From Chloroflexota bacterium (GTDB lineage Bacteria; Chloroflexota; Anaerolineae; DUEN01): DNA of 24,000 nt. How positions within the stretch are numbered: the first letter of the stretch is position 1; the number at the start of each line of letters is the position of its first letter. This document shows, in pieces, positions 1 through 7,381 of this stretch. The stretch is from contig JAJRVX010000314.1 in assembly GCA_024277095.1 (NCBI GenBank), positions 1 through 24,000 on the forward strand. Reading direction: 5' to 3'. The notes below the pieces were generated by a model. It had not been told where the DNA came from and made no database searches. It saw only the letters and a program-made list of their open reading frames with translations. Made by a program: the position numbers and the translations under genes.

Positions 1-564
1 GAGAACACCATCTACGCCATGCACGACTGTCCGGAGAAGATCGCGCACTACATGGAAGTGGCAAGCAAAGCGGATGACGCCCTGTACCAGCTCCTTTGCA
101 CGTGCCCGGCCCCTATCCTCAACCTGGGTGAGAACATCGACGCCCATATGGATCCACCGCCCATCTGGAACGAGCATCTCATTCCGTATTACCGGCGTCG
201 GGTGGAGCAGCTCCACGAGGCGGGTAAGTTCGTCCATATCCACGTCGACGGGGCCATGAAGCCGTTGCTGCCCTACCTGCGGGCCTGTCCATGGGATGGC
301 ATCGAGGCGGCCACGCCAAAGCCTCAGGGCGACGTGACCATCGAGGAGATCAAGGAGGCGTTGGGGCCGCTGGTGTTGCTGGATGGCATCCCGGCCGTGT
401 ATTTCCTACCCTCGTACCCCGAGGATGTGCTGATACGCTGCGTCCAACAGCTGGTCGACCTGTTCTATCCGCGGCTGGTGCTGGGGATCTCCGATGAGAT
501 TCCTCCGGATGGGGATATCCGCCGGGTGAAACGGGTGGGCGAGCTGGTGCGCGACCTGGTCTGA
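1..564 (+). CDS. URO-D (uroporphyrinogen decarboxylase/MtaA-like) family protein, C-terminal part; 5' end lies outside the window
   Basis: Frame 1 is open from base 1 (ENTIYAMHDC...), so the ORF probably starts upstream of the window. Stop TGA at 562-564. The C-terminal region (HIHVDGAMKPLLPYL...GIEAATP...LGISDEIPP) resembles the TIM-barrel URO-D family and the next gene. Confidence 0.55.
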   Translation, partial: ENTIYAMHDCPEKIAHYMEVASKADDALYQLLCTCPAPILNLGENIDAHMDPPPIWNEHLIPYYRRRVEQLHEAGKFVHIHVDGAMKPLLPYLRACPWDGIEAATPKPQGDVTIEEIKEALGPLVLLDGIPAVYFLPSYPEDVLIRCVQQLVDLFYPRLVLGISDEIPPDGDIRRVKRVGELVRDLV

Positions 565-608
565 AGGCCAGGTGTCATGCGGGTTGGGATCAGAAGGAGA
601 GACGAGAC

Positions 609-1667
609 ATGCCCAAAGAGACGATGACCCCTCGCGAGCGGTGGCTGGCCGTGCTCACCCGCCAGCAGCCGGATCGGGTGCCCATGGATTACTGGGCCAC
701 TCCGGAGGCCACGGCCAAGCTGATGAAGCATCTTGGCTGCAGCAGTGAGCGGGAGATGTTGCAGAAGCTGCACGTGGACTTCGTCGTTTCCGTGTCCCCG
801 CGCTATGTCGGCCCGCCGATCCCCGAAGGATACGATGTCTTCGGCTGCGGCTACCAGGATGTGGACTACGGCACCGGGGTGTATCGGGAGTGCGTCTATC
901 ACCCCCTCGCCCAATATCGTTCAGTAGAAGAGATCGAACGCAATTACACCTGGCCCGATCCCGACTGGTGGGACTACTCCGATATCCCGGAGCAGGTGAA
1001 GGGGAACGAGATGTATCCCATCCGCGGGGGTGGCTCGGAGCCGTTCCTCATTTATAAGGATCTGCGCGGCCAGGAGCTGGCGTTTATGGATCTGGTGCTC
1101 AACCCGGAGATGGTCCACTACTGTCTGGACAAGCTCTTCGACCTGGCCTATGAGAACACCCGTCGCATTTTCGAGCAGATCCCCGGTCAGGTGATGCTGA
1201 GCTATGTGGCCGAGGACATGGGGGGACAGGATGACCTGATGTTCTCCCCGGCCCAGATCCACGAGTTCCTGATCCCGCGCATGAAGCGCATGATCGACCT
1301 GGTACATGAGGCGGGAGCGTTCGTCTTCCATCACAATGACGGCAACTGTCGGCGCATCATCCCGGACATGATCGAGGCGGGGATCGACATCCTCAATCCG
1401 ATCCAGTGGCGGGCCAAGGGGATGGATCGAGAGGGGCTGAAGCGGGATTTTGGGGACAAGCTCGTGTTCCACGGCGCCATGGATAACCAGTACACGCTGC
1501 CCTTTGGCACGGTGGAGGAAGTGCGGCAGGAGGTACTGGATAACCTGCGGATCCTGGGCGAGGGCGGCGGATATATCCTGGCGCCGTGTCACAACATCCA
1601 GGCCGTGAGCCCGCCGGAGAACATCGTCGCCATGTATGAGACGTGCTATGAGTATGGGTGGACGTAG
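609..1667 (+). CDS. URO-D family protein (uroporphyrinogen decarboxylase / methylcobamide methyltransferase-like)
   Basis: 352-aa ORF with SD GAAGGAGAG 7 nt upstream of the ATG. Family-typical segments are present: PDRVPMDYW, SYVAEDMGGQDDLMFSP, FHHNDGNCRRIIPDMIEAGIDILNPIQ and GGGYILAPCHNIQAVSPPENIVAMYE. Confidence 0.8.
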   Translation: MPKETMTPRERWLAVLTRQQPDRVPMDYWATPEATAKLMKHLGCSSEREMLQKLHVDFVVSVSPRYVGPPIPEGYDVFGCGYQDVDYGTGVYRECVYHPLAQYRSVEEIERNYTWPDPDWWDYSDIPEQVKGNEMYPIRGGGSEPFLIYKDLRGQELAFMDLVLNPEMVHYCLDKLFDLAYENTRRIFEQIPGQVMLSYVAEDMGGQDDLMFSPAQIHEFLIPRMKRMIDLVHEAGAFVFHHNDGNCRRIIPDMIEAGIDILNPIQWRAKGMDREGLKRDFGDKLVFHGAMDNQYTLPFGTVEEVRQEVLDNLRILGEGGGYILAPCHNIQAVSPPENIVAMYETCYEYGWT

Positions 1668-1723
1668 GCCTGAATCGGAGAGGATGAAGGCCAAAGATTG
1701 TGAGAACGCTACTCTGCCGGTGC

Positions 1724-2644
1724 CTACGAGTCACGGTGGACGTGCAGGGTGAACACGTCCGGCCGGGCGTAGTGGCCGCTGATGTCTAGCGTCATCAATT
1801 CCTCCAGGATGCGGCCGGGATCGATCTCTGCGGTCAACAAGGTCTCTTCCTCCCCGGCCGGGCCGGCGATGACGGCCCCATCCGGCCCGATGATGGCCGA
1901 GCCGCCTCGCATCCATGGGCCGTCGCCCTCCAGGCTGTCCAGCAACGCCAGCCCGGTGGGCAGATGCTCGCGGCGCAGCACCGAGCCCGCGGCCACCACG
2001 AAACAACGCCCCTCGAAGGCGTAGGCGCGGGAGGCCACCAACAGGATCTCCCTAACCGTAGGCCACAGCGCGGCATGGAAGGTCTCCCTCTGGTCGTGCA
2101 TGGCCTGACGCGCCAGTGGCATCCAATGTTCCCAGCACACCAGCCCACCGACGCGCCCCACCGGCGTGTCCACGACGGTTAACGTGCTGCCGTCACCCCG
2201 TCCCCACACCAGCCGTTCGGTGTAGGTGGGGATCAACTTGCGATGCTTGCCCTGCAGCTCGCCATCCTCCGAGAAGTAGAGGATCGTGTTGTAAAGCGTA
2301 CCACCGTCGCGCTCGTTGATCCCCATCACCAGGTTCAACCCGGCGCGGCGAGCCGCCTTCCCCAGCCGCTCGGTGACCGGGCCGGGGACGTCTACGCTGT
2401 TTTCAAACAGGCGGCGGAACGCGGCTTTGGTGGGCGCGTAATCCCATAGCCCCATCTCCGGGCTGACATCCAGCCAGAAGGGATAGCCCGGCAGCCAGGT
2501 CTCGGGGAAGACTAGCAGCTGCACGCCCTGTTTGCCGGCCTCGGCGATCCACCGATCGGCGATGGCCAGGGAGGCTTCCAGATCCAGATAGGCCGGCGCC
2601 ACCTGCGCGGCCGCGATGCACACCCGGGACATCATCACCTCCAT
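1724..2644 (-). CDS. Nitrilase / cyanide hydratase-type carbon-nitrogen hydrolase
   Basis: 306-aa ORF with the Glu-Lys-Cys triad contexts LLVFPETWLPGYP, HRKLIPT and LVCWEHWMP (nitrilase CWE motif). The start is ambiguous: ATGGAGGTGATGATG contains an internal GGAGGTGA SD, so the ATG at 2632 or 2635 may be the true start. Confidence 0.85.
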   Translation of the reverse strand: MEVMMSRVCIAAAQVAPAYLDLEASLAIADRWIAEAGKQGVQLLVFPETWLPGYPFWLDVSPEMGLWDYAPTKAAFRRLFENSVDVPGPVTERLGKAARRAGLNLVMGINERDGGTLYNTILYFSEDGELQGKHRKLIPTYTERLVWGRGDGSTLTVVDTPVGRVGGLVCWEHWMPLARQAMHDQRETFHAALWPTVREILLVASRAYAFEGRCFVVAAGSVLRREHLPTGLALLDSLEGDGPWMRGGSAIIGPDGAVIAGPAGEEETLLTAEIDPGRILEELMTLDISGHYARPDVFTLHVHRDS

Positions 2645-2748
2645 AAATATGTGCTCCCGCTGGAAGGATCCGGAGTAGGGTCGATGGGAGGGAGCGTCCC
2701 TTACCCCGCTTCCCGGTCTCCGCTTCGCTCGCGTCGCCGCGGTGCCCC

Positions 2749-3648
2749 TTACTCCAGGTAGCGTCGCGGCACTTTGGCGATGTAGGTGAATGTGGGATTG
2801 ACGAACTGGGTACAGCGCGCCTCCAGCACCTGGCCCAGGAAGAGGTAGGCGTCCCCGCGCGTGAAGCCGTACGATTCCTCCAGCCAGAGCACCATGGCCT
2901 CCAGGGCGTGACGGAACGCGTCCTCAGCCGGCCGGGCCATCGCCACCGTCATGATGTGGGTTTCGTCGATGATGCGCGGCCAGAACATGGACGACGGCTT
3001 CTCCGAGAGCTCGCAGCGGATTCGCACGCGGCCGCTGGCCTCGATCCCGCCCGCGCCGCAGATCTCCCCATCGCCCTGCAGGGCGTGCATGTCGCCGATG
3101 TGCAGCAGTGCCCCCGGGACGTGTACCGCAAGCTGCACGGCCGCGCCGGTAGTGATCTCCTGTACGTCGAAGTTGCCCCCCCAATACCCGCCCCAGCCGT
3201 TGTGATAGCGCTCGCGGGCCGGAGCCACGCCGACGAACCCGATCATGGGGGCGACGGGGAATCGAACTCGCTCGTCCCAATGGACGAACCCGTCCCGAAT
3301 CTCCACAATGCGGTGATGAGCGCTGACGCCGGAGCCGCCCAGCCAGGCGGGCATGGCCCCGGTGCTCCCGCTGAAGCTGGTGAACCCCATCGGGTCCAGA
3401 TCGATCTCACCGATGTGGACCGTGAGCATCTGCCCCGGTTGGGCGCCCTCCACATAGATACAGCCACTGGAGGGATTGCCGCCGTATAGCTGCTCTCGCA
3501 GTCGTTCCCCATCCGGATGTGTGTCCAGCCAGGGCCCCCGGTTGAGTTGCGTCTCCACCTCAAATACCTCGCCCGGCTGCACGTGCAGCGTGGGCGCGTT
3601 GTCGGCCCCGATCTCAAAGTACAGGACATCTCGTGTCGCTCTTTTCAT
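2749..3648 (-). CDS. Acetamidase/formamidase (FmdA_AmdA) family amidohydrolase
   Basis: Family-like segments: GNPSSGCIYVEGAQPGQMLTVHIGEIDL, GGNFDVQEITTGAAVQLAVHVPGALLHIGDMHALQGDGEICGAGGIEASG. I chose the internal ATG at 3648 (MKRATRDVLYFEI...) because AGGAG lies 7 nt upstream. The 93 extra N-terminal residues of the tracked ORF look non-protein-like. Confidence 0.8.
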   Translation of the reverse strand: MKRATRDVLYFEIGADNAPTLHVQPGEVFEVETQLNRGPWLDTHPDGERLREQLYGGNPSSGCIYVEGAQPGQMLTVHIGEIDLDPMGFTSFSGSTGAMPAWLGGSGVSAHHRIVEIRDGFVHWDERVRFPVAPMIGFVGVAPARERYHNGWGGYWGGNFDVQEITTGAAVQLAVHVPGALLHIGDMHALQGDGEICGAGGIEASGRVRIRCELSEKPSSMFWPRIIDETHIMTVAMARPAEDAFRHALEAMVLWLEESYGFTRGDAYLFLGQVLEARCTQFVNPTFTYIAKVPRRYLE

Positions 3649-3947
3649 GGGACGCTCCTGGTGAAAAGGGATCTCACTCCGATCGCGTGCCCCCAGTATA
3701 CCTGTCCCCATGGATCCTGCAACCCTGTCGGGACGACGATAGTGTGTCTTTCTCGGTGGAAATTCGGCGGAGAGCTTGGGGGGGCGCAGTTCTTCAAGAG
3801 AAGATTCCTCATTTGGATACGCCACCGGACGACATACCTCTTGCCGATATATTTGGAACCCGTCAGCGATTGGTGAGTCCATCGGGAAACAATGAGGCTG
3901 AACTACGTGACCTGACGGCTCACACAATCCTGATGGGAGGCAGTCCG

Positions 3948-4061
3948 ATGAAAGGCTTGTACTGGAAGGTGGTTTGGGTGTTGATCACGATCCTATCGTT
4001 GGTCGCCGCCAGCGGAGCGCCGTCTGCCTTCGGCGGTAGCAGCTCTTGCAATCCGTGTTGA
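3948..4061 (+). CDS. Hypothetical 37-aa peptide with a hydrophobic N-terminus and C-terminal GGSSSCNPC (CxxC)
   Basis: ATG at 3948 is preceded by GGGAGG (3935-3940, 7-nt spacing). Sequence: MKGLYWKVVWVLITILSLVAASGAPSAFGGSSSCNPC. It is followed by a strong hairpin and T-rich tract. No homology is recognisable by eye. Confidence 0.35.
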   Translation: MKGLYWKVVWVLITILSLVAASGAPSAFGGSSSCNPC

Positions 4062-4107
4062 GTCGCTGATTCGTTATCGCCAACATGGGGGCTGTTTCGC
4101 AGGGCGA

Positions 4108-4147
4108 GGGGCTGGCCTATGGCCGGCCCCTTGTATCTTGTCTATTT
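4108..4147 (+). terminator. Intrinsic-terminator-like hairpin after the 37-aa ORF, 21 nt upstream of the DUF5317-like gene
   Basis: GGGGCTGGCC (4108-4117), TAT loop, GGCCGGCCCC (4121-4130). This gives a 10-bp stem with one G-U pair, followed by TTGTATCTTGTCTATTT. Confidence 0.45.
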
Positions 4148-4168
4148 CACATCTGGCCTGGATAGCGC

Positions 4169-4759
4169 ATGATCCTGCTCTTTGCGGTCGTCGTCGCTTT
4201 CGTGGTGAGCCTGGTGACAGGCGGGCGTCCCGAGCGGCTGGCTCACGTCTCGATCCGTTGGGCATGGCTGGCGCCGCTCGTCTTCGCCGCGCAGGCTTAC
4301 CTGATCTACCATCCGACACCACGTGCGGAGGGTCTGCTGAGCATCCGCGCGCTGGTGATGGTGATCTCCTACGGACTGCTGATCCCACTCATGTGGGTGA
4401 ACCGGCGTCTGCCCGGTATGAAGCTTATCGCTCTGGGCCTGGCCTTGAACTTCACCGTCATGCTCGCGAACGGCGGGTATATGCCTATCACCCGGGAGGC
4501 CTTAACCCAAAGTGGACTTGCGCACCTGATCCTGGGTGATCAGCCCGGGGCGCGGGTGCTCAACACCAAGGACGTCCTGTTGCCGCGAGATGCGACCAGG
4601 CTATGGTGGCTCTCCGATGTCTTCGTGATCCCCCCATCGGTGCCCATCAGCGGGGTTTTCAGCGTGGGGGATGTGGTGATCGCGGCCGGGGCGTTCTGGT
4701 TTCTGTACAAACATATGCATGCGTCAACTGACGCCTTGTGGCGGAAAGAGCCTGCATAG
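4169..4759 (+). CDS. DUF5317-like polytopic membrane protein
   Basis: 196-aa ORF with several hydrophobic segments and the motif LALNFTVMLANGGYMPIT, which I associate with the DUF5317 family from memory. There is no clear SD. Confidence 0.6.
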   Translation: MILLFAVVVAFVVSLVTGGRPERLAHVSIRWAWLAPLVFAAQAYLIYHPTPRAEGLLSIRALVMVISYGLLIPLMWVNRRLPGMKLIALGLALNFTVMLANGGYMPITREALTQSGLAHLILGDQPGARVLNTKDVLLPRDATRLWWLSDVFVIPPSVPISGVFSVGDVVIAAGAFWFLYKHMHASTDALWRKEPA

Positions 4760-4784
4760 TCAGGCTGATACTTCAGATCGCGAG

Positions 4785-4829
4785 ACGACGGACGGTCGTG
4801 AAAGCCAACGTCCGTCGTGATCTTTGTGG
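4785..4829 (+). terminator. Hairpin downstream of the DUF5317-like gene (possible terminator)
   Basis: Perfect 10-bp inverted repeat ACGACGGACG (4785-4794) / CGTCCGTCGT (4809-4818) with a 14-nt loop, followed by GATCTTTGTGG. The loop is long and the T-tract is weak. Confidence 0.35.
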
Positions 4830-4961
4830 CATAGCCTTCGCGGTTAACGAAGCGTTCACGCTGGGCGGGTGGGGCTTTGGAAATCGACCAGGGTTGACAG
4901 GCAAGATGGAGGGAAAATTTGATGATCGTTTGGAAGAGGAATGTCTTTGTGGAGGATCAAC

Positions 4962-5237
4962 ATGACCTGGGAGACGTTGCAAGCTATCGTCGGGCGGGCT
5001 TTGGTGGACCGCGACTTCGCCCAGCAGCTTCTGAGCCAGACGCCGGAGGCCTTGCTTCGTTTCGATCTGACGGACGAGGAGTACGCGACGGTTTCCACTA
5101 TTCAGGCCTCCTCCCTGGAGCAGTTCGCCGGCCAGCTTGACCGGTTGTTGCCCGAACAGGAGCGCGAGATGGAGCTGTGTTCCCTTCTTCGACCCCCACG
5201 GTGGGCACGTCGTTGCCGGATCCTCTCCACTTGCTGA
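4962..5237 (+). CDS. Small helical protein (91 aa) resembling LigA-like / NHLP-Nif11-type leader domains, with a Cys- and Arg-rich tail
   Basis: ATG at 4962 with GGAGGA (4951-4956) 5 nt upstream. The N-terminus MTWETLQAIVGRALVDRDFAQQLLSQTPEALLRFDLTDEEYATVSTIQASSLEQFAGQL matches, from memory, small helical proteins common in Chloroflexota and cyanobacteria. The tail is ELCSLLRPPRWARRCRILSTC. Hairpins follow the stop. Confidence 0.5.
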   Translation: MTWETLQAIVGRALVDRDFAQQLLSQTPEALLRFDLTDEEYATVSTIQASSLEQFAGQLDRLLPEQEREMELCSLLRPPRWARRCRILSTC

Positions 5238-5264
5238 CCGCCCTACCGTATCCCCTTATGTTAT

Positions 5265-5322
5265 GGAGGTGGAGCAAGCCTCCACCTCTCCTCAGGCGGC
5301 AGGATCTCCTGTCGCCTTTTCC
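5265..5322 (+). terminator. Tandem hairpins; the second is an intrinsic terminator after the 91-aa ORF
   Basis: Hairpin 1 is GGAGGTGGAG (5265-5274) pairing with CTCCACCTCT (5280-5289). Hairpin 2 is GGCGGCAG (5295-5302) / CTGTCGCC (5309-5316) followed by TTTTCCATTG. Confidence 0.5.
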
Positions 5323-5369
5323 ATTGCCTGTGGCCTCGTTCGCTCTGGGCCTCTCATGGCAAGCGCGTG

Positions 5370-5378
5370 TGCTATAAT
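5370..5378 (+). promoter_or_regulatory. Extended -10 promoter candidate for the GH127 gene
   Basis: TGcTATAAT at 5370-5378, about 55 nt upstream of the ATG at 5433. There is no good -35, which is compatible with an extended -10 promoter. Confidence 0.4.
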
Positions 5379-5432
5379 GACGGCAATGAGCCATCGGCAC
5401 CGGCGTTCCAGCACTTCTAGGAGGGTATGTGA

Positions 5433-7310
5433 ATGTCTGTGATTCCCCCTATCCACACGCGCGGCGTGGTGGACACGACCGCCTCCCCGTATGCCCGGCT
5501 GAAACCCGTCCCCCCGGGCGCCGTCCGTCTGCGGGATGGGTTCTGGAGTCCGCGTTTGGAGGCGAACGTTCGGGCTGGCCTTCCCCAGCTCTATCGCCTG
5601 CTAGAGGAGCATGGGGTTGTGGATAACTTCCGACGCGTGTACGGGGCGAAGGATGTGCCCCGGCGCGGCTTCCTCTTCACCGACAGCGACCTGTATAAGT
5701 GGATGGAGGCGGCCGCCTTCGTCCTCCAGTCGGAGGAAGCTCCCGAGATCCGACACCTGCTGGACCAGGCGATCGAGGCCATCCTCCCCGCGCAGCGGCC
5801 GGACGGTTATCTCAACACCTACTACGTCGACGAGCGGTATGAACAGCGATATACCCGCTTCGATACGGACCACGAGCTGTATTGCGCGGGGCATCTGTTT
5901 CAGGCGGCGATCGCACACCATCGGGCGACCGGTGAGAGCGAGCTGTTGGACTGCGCGTTGCGGTTTGCCGACCATCTGTGCCAGGTGATCCCCTCCATCG
6001 AGGGTGCCTTCTCCGGTCATCCGGAGATCGAGATGGCCCTGGTGGAGCTGTATCGGGAGACGGGGCGGGAGCGCTATCTTGATCTGGCCCGACATCTGCT
6101 GGACGCCTCGCGTTTCACCGAGCTGCAGAAGATCGAAGGTCACGCGGTGCGGGCTCTCTACTTCTGCTGTGGCGGTGCCGACTACTACGCGGAGACGGGA
6201 GATCGCGCCTTTCTCGCCTCGTTGGAACGACAGTGGGAGAATTTCACCCGGGCGAAGGTATACATCACGGGCGGTGCCGGAGGGCGTCATCTGGGGGAGT
6301 CCCTGGGGAGGGATTACGAACTCCCCAACGCACGCGCGTACGCGGAGACCTGCGCGGCCATCGGCAACATCTTTTGGAACTGGCGTATGCTCGTGTTGGA
6401 CGGCGAAACCCGTTTTGCGGACCTTATGGAGCGTGCGTTGTACAATGGGTTCCTGTCCGGCGTCTCCCTGGATGGCACCCGTTATTTTTATGTCAACCCG
6501 CTGCGCTATGATGGCGAGGGCGAGGGCGATCCCTGGTATCCCTGGGCGCGTCGAGGGCCTTATGAGCGGCAGCCGTGGTACGATTGCACGTGCTGTCCGC
6601 CGAATGTAGGGCGTATGCTGGCCTCGCTGCCGGGCTATTTCTACAGCACCAGCCGGGAGGGCCTCTGGGTTCACCTATACGATCGCGGCGAGCTGCGCTG
6701 GCAGCTATCCGATGGGACCGGGCTGCGGGTCGTGCAGGACACCCAATATCCGTGGGAAGGCGATGTGCGGCTGTCGATCTTCCCGGCGCGACCGACCGAG
6801 TTCACCCTGTACCTGCGCGTGCCCGGCTGGGCCGACGGTGCGACGATCTCGGTGAACGGCGAGGGGGACGTGCGGGGTACGCCGGGCAGCTACGCCGCGC
6901 TGCGCCGTCGCTGGCAGTCTGGGGATCGCGTGCACCTCTCCCTGGAGATGCCGCCGAAGGTGATGGCCAGCCACCCGCGCCTGGTCGAGAATCGCTGCAG
7001 CGCCGCGCTGCAGCGAGGGCCTATCGTGTACTGCTGGGAGGCACACGACAATCCCGGCGTCTCTGTGCTGGATGCCCTGTTGGACGCTCGGGGCGAGATC
7101 ATCGTCGAGCACCGGCCGGAGCTTCTGGGGGGCGTAACCCGGCTGATCGCTCAGGGTGCCCTCCCCGAGGAGGAAGATCAGAAGTTATACCGTCCGTGGG
7201 CCCCGCGGCGCACATCCCTCCGCCCCGCGACGCTGACCGCCATCCCGTATTACGCCTGGAATCATCGTGGCGCGTGCGCCATGACGGTGTGGATGCAGGT
7301 GTTGCCGTAG
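5433..7310 (+). CDS. Glycoside hydrolase family 127 (DUF1680, beta-L-arabinofuranosidase HypBA1-like)
   Basis: 625-aa ORF with SD AGGAGG 8 nt upstream. It carries GH127-type signatures: YAETCAAIGN (Glu-x-Cys) and WYDCTCCPPNVGRM (the Cys-Cys-Pro-Pro-Asn zinc and catalytic Cys motif). Confidence 0.85.
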   Translation: MSVIPPIHTRGVVDTTASPYARLKPVPPGAVRLRDGFWSPRLEANVRAGLPQLYRLLEEHGVVDNFRRVYGAKDVPRRGFLFTDSDLYKWMEAAAFVLQSEEAPEIRHLLDQAIEAILPAQRPDGYLNTYYVDERYEQRYTRFDTDHELYCAGHLFQAAIAHHRATGESELLDCALRFADHLCQVIPSIEGAFSGHPEIEMALVELYRETGRERYLDLARHLLDASRFTELQKIEGHAVRALYFCCGGADYYAETGDRAFLASLERQWENFTRAKVYITGGAGGRHLGESLGRDYELPNARAYAETCAAIGNIFWNWRMLVLDGETRFADLMERALYNGFLSGVSLDGTRYFYVNPLRYDGEGEGDPWYPWARRGPYERQPWYDCTCCPPNVGRMLASLPGYFYSTSREGLWVHLYDRGELRWQLSDGTGLRVVQDTQYPWEGDVRLSIFPARPTEFTLYLRVPGWADGATISVNGEGDVRGTPGSYAALRRRWQSGDRVHLSLEMPPKVMASHPRLVENRCSAALQRGPIVYCWEAHDNPGVSVLDALLDARGEIIVEHRPELLGGVTRLIAQGALPEEEDQKLYRPWAPRRTSLRPATLTAIPYYAWNHRGACAMTVWMQVLP

Positions 7311-7381
7311 AGCACCCGCCGGCGTGGTGTCGGGGAGGATCGTGCGATTTGGGAAAATGAGCGGCGGAGAGGTGACCGGGG

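Noticed and set aside
3649-3927. 93-aa N-terminal extension of the formamidase ORF (tracked as 2749-3927).
   Set aside because: The extension has no family resemblance. An internal ATG at 3648 has a good AGGAG SD, and the FmdA/AmdA-like sequence begins right there. The extension would also consume the divergent promoter region.
5137-5442. 101-aa plus-strand ORF spanning the gap between the 91-aa gene and the GH127 gene.
   Set aside because: It overlaps the preceding ORF in another frame. It also runs through both terminator hairpins and the TGcTATAAT promoter. It has no SD and a low-complexity translation.
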